DNA of 64,000 nt from Phoronis australis (Eukaryota > Animalia > Phoronida), in contig NMRA01000035.1 in NCBI GenBank assembly GCA_002633005.1, positions 835,059 to 899,058 on the forward strand, written 5' to 3'. Below, piece by piece: positions 26,201 to 41,000 of this stretch (the stretch's first letter is position 1; each line of letters starts with the position of its first letter). Under the pieces are notes generated by a model, which worked only from the letters and a program-made list of their open reading frames with translations, did no database searches and was not told the origin of the DNA. A program made the translations under genes and the position numbers.

Positions 26201-29200
26201 TGTCCAGCGGTCTCCCATAGACAGTATTAACCTCTCAATTGCCCAGGGGTATCCCAAAGACAATTTGAACTTCAAATGTTCAGGGGTCTCCTACAACCAG
26301 TATCAATCCCAAATGTCAATGTTTCTCCCGCAAGCAGTGTGACCTTTAAATGTCCACAGGCCTCCTATGGTCAATATCTCTTCAAATGTCCAGGGGACTC
26401 CCACTACTAAAGGTGATGCCAAAGTCAATAATATCTCCTCCTACAAACTCAGGAGTTCAGCTTGAGCTAGTTTTCCATATGGTCATCTCATATGCTTTTC
26501 GCAGACCTTACAAAAACGTCCAAATTTGGCTAACTTCATGTCTCAGAAAGTGATCATTGGATTCTTATGAAACTTTCATATGCCATGCATTATGCATTGT
26601 TCTAAAAAAACACTGTTGGAAATTGTAAAATAATCCACTTTTGCACGATGGACTATCAAAAATAGGACTCCTGTGATATTTATGCAAAACTTTAAAGTTG
26701 CATGAAACGAAAACGAAATGTTAACTCAGCGATATTTTATCTAACAATTTGGTCACGTTATTGATACCATTGTTTTGCTATCAACGTATCTTTCCTTTTT
26801 TGCTAAATTTCATGGAAAAGACATGGTCACCTCACCTAAGCACCAGGGTAAGCGCAGATTGGTATAAAGTCAAAAATCAATTCTAGTCTTTCTTGTTTCA
26901 GAAAATATACTTTTACTAAGTTAAAATCAATACTTTTGTAGATATTTGGTTCAACGCACACACGTCCATAAAAGTCCTTCATAACCTCACAGCTTTTACA
27001 TGACTAACTGAACTCACGCACTACAGTAGGTTGGGCCATTTTCTCACTAGCGCCACCTGGTGAATTTTAAGCTCTTCCTTCACTGGAATACTTTCGTATC
27101 ATTTTTCCTTTCCATAGATACAGATTTTCTATAACCCAACATAGCATTGGTCTAAAGTATGATAGGATTTTGAGACGATTAATGTCAGTAATCGCAGTTG
27201 TCAAAGAAATAGACAACTAGGTGATAACAGTAATTTTTAAACCAAGGTGTCACATCCTAGCCATCTAAAACAGTATAAATACACACCAAGGCATCATCCA
27301 AGAGTGTCAACAACATATATTTAGCCCAGTAGCAGAGATTCCCTATGTTGCCATGGCCACAAATAACATCATCAAAGTGATCTGCATTATCCAACTCTTT
27401 CTTGTTGCTCTCAAACACTGCGCTCTAGTGAAGCATAAAATTTGATAACATTGAACCTTGCGAATTGCAATTTGTTTCATTAGCGTAAGATCTTAAGGAT
27501 GAAAACTATTGGCAAATATGCTTTAGTTGGATAGCCATGCGAGAAAATGTCTGTGTAAATTGTAACATAAACTCAGTGTTGTTTATCAAGTATGAAATAC
27601 CATTAATATTCCCCTCAATGCATTTTAATTTCTATTCTATTTTGAACTACATTTACAGAAACGTGTCAATAAACTAGAGAGCAGACAGATTTTGGTTTTG
27701 GCAAACGGAAGCAAAATTTTACAGTGAAGCTAGTAATGCTTCAGGTCATGCAGAAGCCTCGAAAAATGTCAAAATTTGGCTGGCTACGGAACGTCATATC
27801 TCAAGAGCGGTTGACTGTATTCACCTTACACTTTCATATATCACGCTTTATCCACTTGTCTCCAAAATGCTATTAGAGAATTGTTTTCAAAATGTTCCAC
27901 TTTTCAACGAGGCTATCAAAAATAGGACTTTAATGGTTTTCATGAAAAACCTCTTAACGTTTCCTAAAGCAAAATTCTTCAAGTTTGCTACTATCACAAA
28001 ATATATAAAATATACTTTTACCACGTTAAAATTTACAGTTTTGTAGATATTCCGCTAACATTGCAGTTCTCCATAAGGATGCCAGAACCAAATATTTAGC
28101 AAGTTAGACACCCACTGTTGCATCGTGGAGCTTATTTAAACTGCAACACTTCTGGTTTGAAGAATTGTTCATACGTTTTTTACAAAAATCAAGATGCTTT
28201 AAAAAATATAAAACATTCTCTTTCAGAAAAATGTTTGAATTAGTGGTTATCTGCGAAACGTCATAACTCAGAAACAGCCAATCAGATTCACATGAAACTT
28301 TCATACCCTTAGCTTTATTCACTGTTTCCCAAAACGCTTTAGGGATTGTTTTTAAAATGTTCCAATTTTGCACCAGTGACTGCATTTACGATTTTCACAA
28401 AAAAAATTTGATAGGTATCAGTGTTTTTAAAACTTTAGAATTCATATTAAATGAAATTTGGCCACTTCCCTGGTCCTGCTGTTTTGACGTGAATGTACAT
28501 TTCATTTTTGCAAGATTTTACTTAAAAATACATGGTCACATGACTTAATTGGCAATAGATTGGTACAAAGGCTTTTTACTGTCAGAAAACATAGCTTTGT
28601 AGGTATTTGGCCATTATACACAGACCCGACGATAAGGTCTAACGTACCAAAAGCTTCAGAACCCCAACAGCAGAGGGACCCCCTATTCCCATTCAGCTCA
28701 GTCCCCAAATGAAACAAGAGGCCCTAGCTGGCACCGATTTAGCCCTCTGAACATGGAGGCCCAAGGTGGAGTTGGTGACAAAGGGGGCAAGGGGTGAAAC
28801 TGGAAATGATGCCGAGAGGGGACTAGGAGTGGAAATGTTGGCTAAAGGATGCTACCGTGCTAGGGGTGAAACTGGTGGCAATCTGGGACAGTTTTTTGTT
28901 ATAGAGCCTACATTCGCCAATAAGCCGCCCCCACAGCTGATAATTAATCAAGCTTCAGACTCCAAGCACATAGATCCCGCATTGTGTGCATGGTTGGGTT
29001 TATCAAAAGCCTTTGAATAATTAACAATCTTCGTTAATGATATTTAGCAAAAATGAGCTCGCATATACTCATATACTCATACACTCATCTTGCCTAACAA
29101 CTTATGATGCGTCAAACGTAACAGTCAGTGTGTTATGCTTCAGCATATCACGTTGCTACTATTAAGTGATTATGGCTCTTTAGGGGATAAGTTATCACTA

Positions 29201-32200
29201 AATTTGCTCTTGCAAATTACTTTTTATCACAGCTGATAATGCCATTATACATGACAAGTTGAGCACTTTAATAATGATGGTAAAGTAGTTACCATCACTA
29301 GCATCGATTCGTGAAAAACTTGTACTAAGTGCCGTCCACACATAGACTTACCCTAGAACAAGTTTATCGAGGTAGGGGTGACTTATTCTAGGGTAACGTG
29401 TGCCACTTTACAGACGGGTTTTCTTTTACACACCATACTCGCATTAGGTGTTCATTGTCATGCACAGAGCAAAAACGTCTGCCTTACCCTAGTTCTCAGT
29501 TATGGGTGTGTGAGTTTGTGTGTGCGTGTGTGAATGCTCCACTTAAAAGTGGGGTGAGTTGCATTAGCGCAAGTTGTTCTAGAGTGGGCTGTTTGTGGAC
29601 AGGACTTAAAATTCACTCTGGTAGCAAAAACGCTAAGCATGTTTACTCATTACAAATAATTGATTAATGGAGCACCTCTACAATGGGTACAGAACGTGAT
29701 CAGGCTACAAAAGTGACAATGAAAATGCCAGAAGTTTTGGGGCATCTCAAATCGCCACCATAAATGACATTTGCCAATGTTAACATTACTGGCATTTTCA
29801 CTCAAAGCAACTGAGCTAGCAGTGTGTGATCGCAGAATCAGTATTAGTCCTTGTCTGCAAATCCAACATCTGGACACAAACTCAAACTTCAGCGAGAGTA
29901 GAAATTTTCCATCATGTTTGTATGAATTCCACATGGGTCTTTAATTTTGTGCTGGAGTATGTTAAGACTAATGTAAGTGAGTAAATAATCAATTTCACTG
30001 AGCTAGCAGTGTGTGATCGCAGAATCAGTATTAGTCCTTGTCTGCAAATCCAACATCTGGACACAAACTCAAACTTCAGCAAGTTTAGAAATTTTCCATC
30101 ATGTTAGCATGAATTTCACATGGTTATTAATAAATTTGTGCCGGAGTATGTTAAGACTATATTATGTAGGTGAGTAAATAATCGGACTACCTCATCAAAG
30201 CTACATGTTCAAGTGAGCTCAAATATTGAGTTTAGACTCGACTTTGTGGCTTGAATTTGCAAGACTTGTTTCATGAAAAGTGACTAAGACTCAAATCGGA
30301 AATTTGTTCTTATACTCCGCACAACAATTTCTGAAAAACAATTAAAACCCACTTAAGCAAACGTGTAGTCTGAGAATATACACATACTTGCTAGTTACTG
30401 AAATAATTTCTTCAAATTATTTCTAGACAGTGATGGGCTCATAATTGACTGAATGTTTATTCAACCGTTGACAATTGTGAAATGGGAGCATCACACCTAA
30501 TTTCTGTCTTCAGTCATTTTTCACAAAAACAGACCCCGATCATCAACTTTTAACACAAAGCACTTGTGTAAGTCCATGCAAGAACAGAACAGAATAAACT
30601 TGGAGCATGGGTTCAGAGAGTATTTCATGAAGAACTCAACCCAAACGTGCAGACACACTTATGCGTCTTGTTGACAAGCGACTTCCTACTGGTTTCGCAG
30701 ATCAGATCGAATCACATATAAAACAGTTTTTGATCAACCACGCAGGTAAGTAGCCATTCAGGAAAGTTAGTCACCGCTGGGAAACGTGGATTGAAAACAG
30801 CTGCTTAGAAGTCTCCCTCAGGTCAGACATACCTAATTCTCTTACAGCAAATACATTAAAACGTGTCTTTACGTCAGTGTCAAGGCAACGGTCACACATT
30901 TTCTTAAACCCCCGATGCCTTTGTGTCAAAAAACATATTTTGATTTAGACCACTCGCTGTAATGAAATTGGTATTAAAATTTTCCAACAGATGTCATCTC
31001 TGGGTTAGGAAAAAATTAGGCTTTATCAGCATTGTCTGAACTGAGAAATAACCAATTGCAATGGTCAAAAGTATTCATCGTTGTCTCCTGTGACGATGGT
31101 AAAACGAGAAAAATTACTTACTACAAGACATTTAGTTAGTTGAGCATGACGTTTCAAGTCTGCAGCTCCACCCCTTGATCACATGACTGTTTTTCCCACC
31201 GTCGTGAAACCGGAAGTATTGATTGTAAATAAGAGAAAGTAGCAGTCCCAGGACACGGTTAAGTGTGGGGTTGCCTTGCTTAACCTAAATGGCCTCCCTG
31301 ATCTTACGGGATTGCCAATGTTTCATGCGATTAAAAGCCTGAGCTGCAGGCCTGAAACATTATGCTAAACTGACTAAATGTCTTCTAGTAAGTAATTTTT
31401 CTCGTTTTCTAAAACCTACCATCTTCCCATTCCTACTCAGTCGATCAACAGGAGATCATACAACATATGTTCAAGTCCTTCACTTTAAATATACACATTT
31501 ATTAACATATCATTAGACTCTGAAATAACAGGCAGCCCATTCATTATAATCACCTCAACAGAGGCATCTGCAGAATTACTTAGCTATAAACCCCCTATCA
31601 TAAGTGACCAGTACATCCGTCATCAACACACACACACACACAAGCACACACACACACACACACACACGCATCTCGAATGACCAGCATAACAAGAACACCG
31701 TACCCATTACGTTCATTCGTAAGTAAAACATGATGGTGAGAAAGCATTAATATCATAAAATTTCACCAATTTCGAACTATAATAATTACCAAAATTACAT
31801 TTTTCTATTTTCTTCATTTGTTACCAACATTATGGTAAATTCCTACAAAGTTTTAAAATTTTGTCTCTTGGTAGCGACTGTTACAGAACTTGAATATGAC
31901 AAAGCATCATTTCAGAACTATGCATAATTCATGAAAAAATGAGAAAATAAATTTTATATTCTGTCGGTAATTAATGTACATTTTCTCCGAAGTTCATAAT
32001 AAAGTTTTCAATCCTTCGCTTTTGCTTTTACTGGCAATCTTTGTCGAGATAATAACATATCACGAGCCTAAGTTGCTCGACAGGGCCAAGAGTGAGGAGT
32101 TACGAATCGGTCTATAACAACACAGGCAGTATAGATGTAAGTAGGTAGGCATGCAATGCATTTTGACTCTTGATTGACTGTATTTTAACTCGTTTTCGTC

Positions 32201-33268
32201 AGTGCTATGGAAATGGTTGTCGTGTATGACTATAATGAACCACTAAGTGATCGCAGAGGCGGCGGGTCACACACTAAAAAGCCAGTAATCCAGAGGCAAA
32301 ATTCCGATGTTGGGAAGAAATATTAAAAAGAGTGCATACCTTAGAACATACTTGTGTTTAGCTTTCGAGTGGTCAAACAGTGTTTACAGGCTAGGCTGCT
32401 CGTGCGGGAGTACACACAGTTTAATTAACGGCACCGTTTGCTCATTACAACTTCACTTTTAGGCTTTGGAAAAGGCCAAAAATTGACAGGACTTTCATCT
32501 CTGCCGGTATAACGACTGTCTGAATTACACAAACCACAACAACACCTCTTGGCCATTTAAAATGCACACTGTAGTTGAACGTGTTTTGTCCTACAGACAC
32601 TAATGTTTGTCGGACAAATGGCGACTTGAAATGCTGTCTGGATGAGTGTCCAGAATGCAGCATTCTGATTGGTCAATCACACTTGTCATTCATTTTCTGG
32701 CGTAAGGTCAATTTCAATGGGACCCGAGTTGACCATTCATACTGCACCAGTATACAGTACTGCGAAGTTAACTGGGGCTGTTAACTTCAATCCAGGACTG
32801 AATTCGTACTGACCAGAACTCCACAAAACATGGATGCATCTGTCTACATTAGTATGAAAGGGCCTTTATATGCTACCTACAACATATGGTGGTCCTTAAC
32901 CACAAAAGCCCTGAGCAAGGCATTTATTTATTCAAAACTTGACAGGACTCTGCTCACTTATGAGACAGTTTCTCATTTATAGCCATTGTCTTTCAGGTGG
33001 CACAATTTTCCATTTTCTATGTTTTATGAGTGTCTTTTTGTGTACTGCTGCTAAACTTACATTTATTAATCATATTCACTTCATAATTTAATAACTTTAG
33101 TGCATAAATAATTTGATATGTCGCTATCACGTATTTAATTATTTAATTCTTTCCATTCTATAACATATATCCATTGAGGAGTCTAACCACAACGAAAAAA
33201 TTAACCAAATAGAAGTTTTGTATCAAACTCTATTGGCAGTTGACTAATAACAGTCACACGCACACGTG

Positions 33269-33340
<72 letters not shown>

Positions 33341-36300
33341 AAAAATCTCACCTGTATAAGTTTCCACCTGCTCGTTCAACATTGCGCAGGTTCTTCAAAC
33401 CATTGTCGCGCTCAGTTACCACAGACGAAGCCATGAGGGCCAAGTCTCAGCAGACCTCACCACTACCAATACCCAGCACACATCACAAGATGTGATAACA
33501 CAGTCACAGATCCAAGTGACAACCCTCCACTGTGCACAGTTAATACCCTGACTGTTGGATAACACAAACACTCAGTTGGCTACTGCAAGCCAGTACATCT
33601 GCTCACATAGTAGGCACTCTCCAAAGGTCAGAGGTCAGGGGCAAAAAAGAGCCTATCTACAGCCACATTGGTAGTTATCAATCAATGATGGTCAAATCGA
33701 TATAGGCAGGGAACTCATTAACTGATTTCTTCACTGACAGAGCTGGACATATTTAATTCTGAATACAGTGCGCTTCAGAGGTGTTGTAACAACTACATTG
33801 ATCCGCGTCCTGTGTTCATTAATTCACCATACTAAGGCTAAACAAAGGATAGGCTGGCATTGATGAATATTGAAGACACAAACGATATTGGAGATTCAGC
33901 ATGAATAAAACAGTTTTCCAAAATATGTTACCAAATCCATAGCCTGAGCCAATATTAGAAATATGTATAGAACATACAATTAGGTTATTTGAAAAAAAGT
34001 TGAACAGAGTTGCAGGCTCACGTTACGGTTACACAGGACCCAGCTCGCACAGGCCCAAATTTGGCCAACTGCGGAACATTACATCTCAGAAATGGTTCAT
34101 CGTATTCATATGAAGCTTTTACATGCTTTGCCTAATGAACAGTTCTCCTAAAAACTCTCAGGAATTGTTTTGAAAAATGTTCCACTTTTGTACGCAAGCT
34201 ATAAAAACTTATAGACTTTCATAAGTTTCACGAAAAAAGTCAAAAGTTGTATAAAACCAAATGATAATTTAAAAAACAGTTACAGTGTTTTTTAAATTCA
34301 TCTTTAAAAATTAATATTAAACAAAATATGATCATGTCATCGAAATCGATGTTTTGCAGCTGATGTACCTTCCTGCTAGATGTCACATGAACCAATTAAT
34401 GTCAGATTAGAAAAAATTAAAAATCTAATTCTACTTTCAGAAAATATTTACTTTTACAAGGTTAAAATCTATATTTTTTTAGATATTTGGATAAATACAA
34501 ATAGTTGCCAATAACATCCTACATAACCTTAAAATGGCATTAACCCAAAAACTGTAGTAACGCCAAGTTATCCAAGGCAGAAGCCATTCAGCACGTACGC
34601 CCACACACTTTGTGAAACAACACGATCACTTTGCCCTTTGTCAGAGACGTGTGAGCAGTAATTTCCCACTTAGATATTTTGGACTTAAATAATTGGCGTA
34701 ATTGCTAAAACTGCTATTTTTATGTTTCCAAGGTTGATCATCGAAAACCTGTGATGCAATTAACGGACATCGATCCACAGTATAAACCAAGGTAATAATA
34801 AACTCAAATTTCTTGACCTTGTTCAGGAATTTAACAAACTCAGATTCCACTTGTCCGAAGTATTGCAAGCTAAATAGGTGAAGAGAGACCGTAAGTTAAG
34901 TGCGGGAGTTTGCAAGGCAGCAATCACTACCCCCATTGGACCAAAACTAATGAATATTAAATAATGCTGTCTGAGCACGAGTTGTGCGAGTATAGAAGGA
35001 TCATTCATATAACATTAATGTATAAGGGGTTTCCTCATGAAAATCGACGGATCGGTGTTTAGGGGAGCATTGGTTAATGAGAATGTTTTTATTTGGTTTT
35101 GGATCAAAGGCAAAAGCATAAGTTTACTTTACAGTAAAAAAGTGGATTTAACCGCAAAGCATCGACATATTTTTACAATGGGAACACATCACTTTGGTGT
35201 CATTTAATTATCAACAGATGTCGTAGTAAACACCGTCATGTGTTGCGCTTCAATTTACAAAGTATTATTCTTCAGATATTCACCATTCAACTTCCTTTGG
35301 TATTTCATTTCATTATCTGAACAGGCATTTAATTCTTTATACATAAAAATTTCATCAAGTTAAAAATTGCAGCCCTACATTACGATGGCTTCCCTTAAGA
35401 TGGCACCACTAGGCAATAACTACAATATTGGTTTAGAAGCAAACATTAAGAAACCTCAACTTCCCCGTTTTTGTAGACGTACCTCTAGTAGTAAATTTAA
35501 TTCAATTGGAAAATGGAGTCATTTTCAGACACCTTTGTAACATGTTTTCGCAATGAAGACAAGAACTAACAAAATTTTCCATACAATGATATCAGAAAAT
35601 TACCAAAGAAATATACGATGGTACAAAATATACAATGCTATATTTCAAATCAATAATAAAAAGTAGGCAATTTTCAGTAATACATGGGTGGAAAATAGCT
35701 TCAGCATGAAATGACAGGGATTTGATCTCATCATTTCTGTTATGCCTTCAAGTTAAAAGCTTATCAAATAAATTGGTCAATTTGGCGTTCTTAACATCGT
35801 CTGAAAGCTATTTCAAAACATTTCCGGCAATTTCCATAAATTGAAATTAATAAAATTAACAATTCTTCTAAGCCATTGAGCACCTACAGCAATTCAACAG
35901 AGAACAGCATAATGAATGAATACATATATTATATGTATTTATTTTGGTTGACATTTTACTCTCTGTAAAACAATTCTATTTTAATTACAAAGGTTAAAAA
36001 TTCGCCTTTTATATCAGGTAAAATAAGCGAAAGTGGTCAACGACACCTTCAAGAATGGTTACATCTCTTTTAGAATTACATCATCCCAACCAATTGTAAA
36101 TATTTGTTGTCTTGTCACTCTTCGTAACAATTTCTTCGTAGCCGTTCGATCGTTATTACCAAATAACGACCATAGCCATTGACTTGGTACAGGATGCGAG
36201 TGAGAAAGAGTGTGGCCGATAAATAATGGGCAATTCTTTGGCTAATGGAAAACTATTGATTTCCAAAGTTTATCGATAATTCTGCTTCTATAAATAGTGG

Positions 36301-38013
36301 ATGCAACAAACGCAAGGTACTAGAACTCATTTCGCACAAACTAAGTTTGATCAACAACAGAAACACTCTAATTACCAAAATATAGATTATATGACAGTAA
36401 TGACACAACTCTAAGGTGGCTCTATATAAATAGTACGAGAACTCATTTCACACAAACACACATTTTACATTCTAATAGGGTACTTTTAATATAGGCGCTC
36501 TCTAGAGTAATGAGGGCGAGAAAGCGACTTCCACCTGATCCCGACTCAGATTTGAAGGTCAGAAATTCACTAATACAAAGCGGTTCATTAATTTACAAAT
36601 GGTAATAAATCCCATTGTCAACCCTCTCACTGTTTGACTAGGTTAAGTGTACTAACTTATTTTAGCTTTTGACATCGGCTAGGATCAAAATTAACCCACT
36701 TAACAGTTGCAGCCACCGACTACAGCTGCAGATTCTTCTTCGCAGAGTAGATGTATGGGACATGATGTGCTTCATCCGTGGATATTTCAAGGGGTTTACG
36801 CATTTCTGCAAGCCATTAGCACACACCACTACACATCATTGTAAATTTGCAGGCATCACGATAACAGAGAAGGCGCTAAAATGCTATGTATACCACAAGG
36901 TTGAAACCCCCTGTCCGCATTACATGGGATCTGTAGGTAGCACTGACAACCTGTCCACCCAAGACATGATAGCCATCTGGCAATACAGTTGATTTCAATA
37001 TGGTGCGGCTATTTCAAATGTCAGCTATTACCAAATTATAGACTACATGACAAAACTCTAAGGTGGCTCTAGGTAATTCGCAGCACCACTCCTTTTGCAG
37101 TTTACACATTTACTACATTTTATTTGTCTATATATCAGTGTCATTCTTTCTAGTAAATTTCATTTTTTCTCCACTGAACACAAAACGAGCATTTATACCG
37201 CAAAATCTCAAGAATTTCAAACAAGAATTTCTGCCAAAACCAACCACTTCCTCCCTTAAATAACGCCTAGCTTATATTGCTGGGAACGCTTGCACTTTTT
37301 CAAAGCATTGCCCGACTGTAGTTTCGGTACGTAACTTGAAAATGAACAAACGTTCCTTTGGCACTACTTATCGGTCATGCAAAAAGACCGCAAAATTTCA
37401 CCAATCCATCACATAGTATGAGTGAGATTTTATCATTAGAGTAATCAAATTTTAAATGTGATCAAATCCACTCCGCAGCAACGAATTCCACTGGGCAAAA
37501 GAATCCGTTGAGTAAATAATACACCAGGAGAGTTTCTCTCAAACAAGCCAAGTGGAAAATCTCTAATACAAGCACTACATGTAAGGTATTACTAACATAT
37601 GACACTTCTCATAATGAAGGAGGGGGTGTACCTAAGCATCCAATTCTCTTGTTACCAATAGCGGAGATCATTTTGAGTTTGCGTTTAAGCACAATGCGAC
37701 AACTGCTGGGTCCAGCGTGGTCACATAACCGTATTGTAGAAACAAATTGTCCTGAAACTGATGAGTAAGGTACCAGTTACTATTCAAACAAGTAATAAAA
37801 ACACGGTCTGTAACTGAGGGCAAAGGTCACGTTGAGGTCAGTTTGCCAGGTTTCCGTTCTGCAAGAGAATTGGGATCGAGATATTTACGGCTTGAAATCT
37901 TCGCTTGTGGAAGGACATCGTCAACATTCTCCCATAACTAAACATTCCTGAGGACCCCATGGAAAGCAATGTGAACTGATGGGGCTTCCCTCATTGTAAA
38001 TATTACATTAATA

Positions 38014-38049
<36 letters not shown>

Positions 38050-41000
38050 GCAACTCTGCTAATATAAGGTGAAAATTCTTCAGTTTCTGACACAATAACA
38101 ATGGCGGACAGGTGAAATTTCATTCTGTCAAATTTCTCAATAAAAATAATTTTTCAGGTCAAGTACTTTGCTTTTAACAAGGGTAGTTGTTACCGAACAA
38201 CATTTGAAACAATGCAGTAAGCCTCTGACAAATAAAAATGTGACAATTTTAACAATTATTTTTGCCCCAAATTGAAGAAATTTTACTCGCTTTTAAGGTC
38301 TTGACCTCATTCGCGAAATTTTTTTTGGTTTTCACCTCTGTTGCAAGAGACTTGCTCTTCGGAACACATCACAGGACTCACTCTCACGTGACCTACATTC
38401 AGTCTCCCTCAATGGGTGACATGGCAAGACCCACCACTGAGTTCTCTACATGTAGAATATACACATTGTAAGTACTAAAGAATTTGGCTAGAACTAGATC
38501 AATTTATTACCAAGAAAGTGTTCAGTTAATTAGCTAATCAACGCTTACAGATTTAATTAAGATCATGTGATTTAGGCATGTCAGAGAAACAGGAATCTGG
38601 ATGCTCCAGCAAAACAAATCAAGTTTCTGCCATGAATCAATAATACAAGAAGAAAATTAACTTCAGCCAATAGCATGGTACTTATAATTGAGTAATCATT
38701 TCGCATGAGATAAAGAGTGTTTACACGCACTTTGAAGATTTCAAAGTCAGAACTGGACTACATCTGCCCATTTCCCATAAAAGAGAGCCTCACAAGTGCA
38801 AGATTGCCCTTCAGGTAAAGAGAATAATTTAGCAAGCAACCATACAATAAATCTTTACCTATACAGCAAACAATATGGCGTTGACAGATGAAATTTTACA
38901 TTGTCAAATTCCTCATTAAAAAATGAAGATTAAGATAAGTTTAGTCGATTTAGTCTAACCAATTGTGAAAACATTAAAAAGCAGCATTTCGTAAAGTTCC
39001 TATTACTAATGCATTTAAGTTATCAGCTTTTGAAAAGCAATTTTGGTGTTCATTTTTGTGCGAATAAGTGCAGAATTGAAGTACAGTCACAAATTCAGGC
39101 ATTGTTATAACCCACTACAAGGGTGGTTTAGCAACACATTATATCCTTGTAACTGGCTGTGAACACTGCAGTTGCAAAGATTATAACTCAGTAGGTGGTG
39201 ATGCCATCAAATTACATTGGATGCAATAATAAACAAAAACACTAACTGGGGTGATAACACCGACAACTAGCGCCTAAAACCACGAACTAGGGTTCCAAAA
39301 GTTTTAACTGTCTGTGTTACTGCAAAGAATGCTTGGTCTTAAAATACACCATAAGCAACAAAAAAAACATATGACAGAATTCCAAGTGAATCTTGACATA
39401 CTTTATAACTAAATTTTAGGTTTTATTTGGTAATTAAAATATATTACAAAGTCACGCAAGAATTTGATTTCATAACACAATTATGATGTGACAGGCCATA
39501 CCGAGTAGCCCGCTCACCTACCAGGGACAGTCAAAACTCTACAGCAAACTGTAAGGTTTTGATCCGGGGACAACATTATTTCAACCCCACAGACACTGAG
39601 CCAATGGTATTAAGGTAAGTCTTGCATACTAAATCAAGATGTTTGATTTTACTGTTTCGTTCGTTTGATAGACTACTTTACTCAAATCAGTGACAAAAGT
39701 GTGTCCAGTTTGTAGTCACAGAAGTCTCTGAAACGGCATCACGGCCATTTTGCATTATTGTTATTATTAATAAACACCACAACGCAACAGCAATTAGAAA
39801 TCAAAGCAAGTGAATCTTAAAAAGTCCAAATATCAATTTACACTGAGCCACATAAAAGATGTGCTACACAGCGTCATGAGATTGGCTCATTATTTTGCCC
39901 TAGTGTTTGGTTCGTATCGATTCCCACTTGGACCTTCATCTTACTGCCCTGTTTGTTCACGGTTCACCCATCTTCATCATCCTCGCTGAGTGAATAGTGC
40001 AGTTGTCCTCATTACATGCCTGGATGTGTTTGAATTTCTGTCTAATGAAGTGAACATGTGGATTAAATAAACTGCTACTGCTTACCTATGACCCAGAATG
40101 CAAAGGCATGATTGATTTTCTTTATGAAATACACTCAAGCTGAAGAACTTGGGAAAAGTCAATCGCGAATGAATGGCCCAACAGTAATTTATCCAATACA
40201 AAATACATTGTAAAGTGTCCATTACAACAACTTTTGCACTCAATTCGCACTAAAGTAACTGTCAAAACTGTTATTTTTATGGTTTACAAAGGATGATTAC
40301 ATCACGGCAAATATATTGCTGTATAACACCTACACAGTTTAACGAAGCCAATCAGAGACAAATTAAAATTTTCCAGGTGTACTATATCGTGTGCTAAATA
40401 GGTAATTATTAGCATTACACTGCCCCTTCTACATCAATGGATGAATTCTGAATAAAACGTTATTCTGTTGCGCATAACAACCTATCCGAGTTTTCACCCG
40501 AAAGTACGACTTGAAACATATTATTGACAAGTTGACTGGATTATTTCACATTGCATAGTCCATGCTTTGGACATGTAGATCAAATAAATAGTCAGCATGA
40601 CTGAGTGTCTTATTACTGAAATCTACATTATTGCAGGCATTCTGCAACATTGCTTTTAAACACAGTTATGTGAAGAAAAAACACTTCGTTGGTGAAAGGC
40701 TAAAAAAATTATGACAAACAACGTTTTACACAAACATTGATGGAAATAACATTACAAAAGACCGGAAACTACAAGAGCAATCGATAGATCTGCTTTAATA
40801 ACACAAGCCTGGCAGTGATACAATCACCAAGAGTTGGTAGATTGTCAAAACCGAATCAATATCAAAAAGGCATACAGGCCTATCTTGGAACAGCACTTTT
40901 TAACGCAGTCATGTTTTGATACACAATCTCCAGTTACGCATTCAATAAAATTAAGAGACAAAAAGGAAACAAAATCTTTTTGAAATATTAATGAAAATAC

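Noticed and set aside
37938-38123. Poly-Leu signal-peptide-like ORF
   Set aside because: Translation of the (TAA)n microsatellite.
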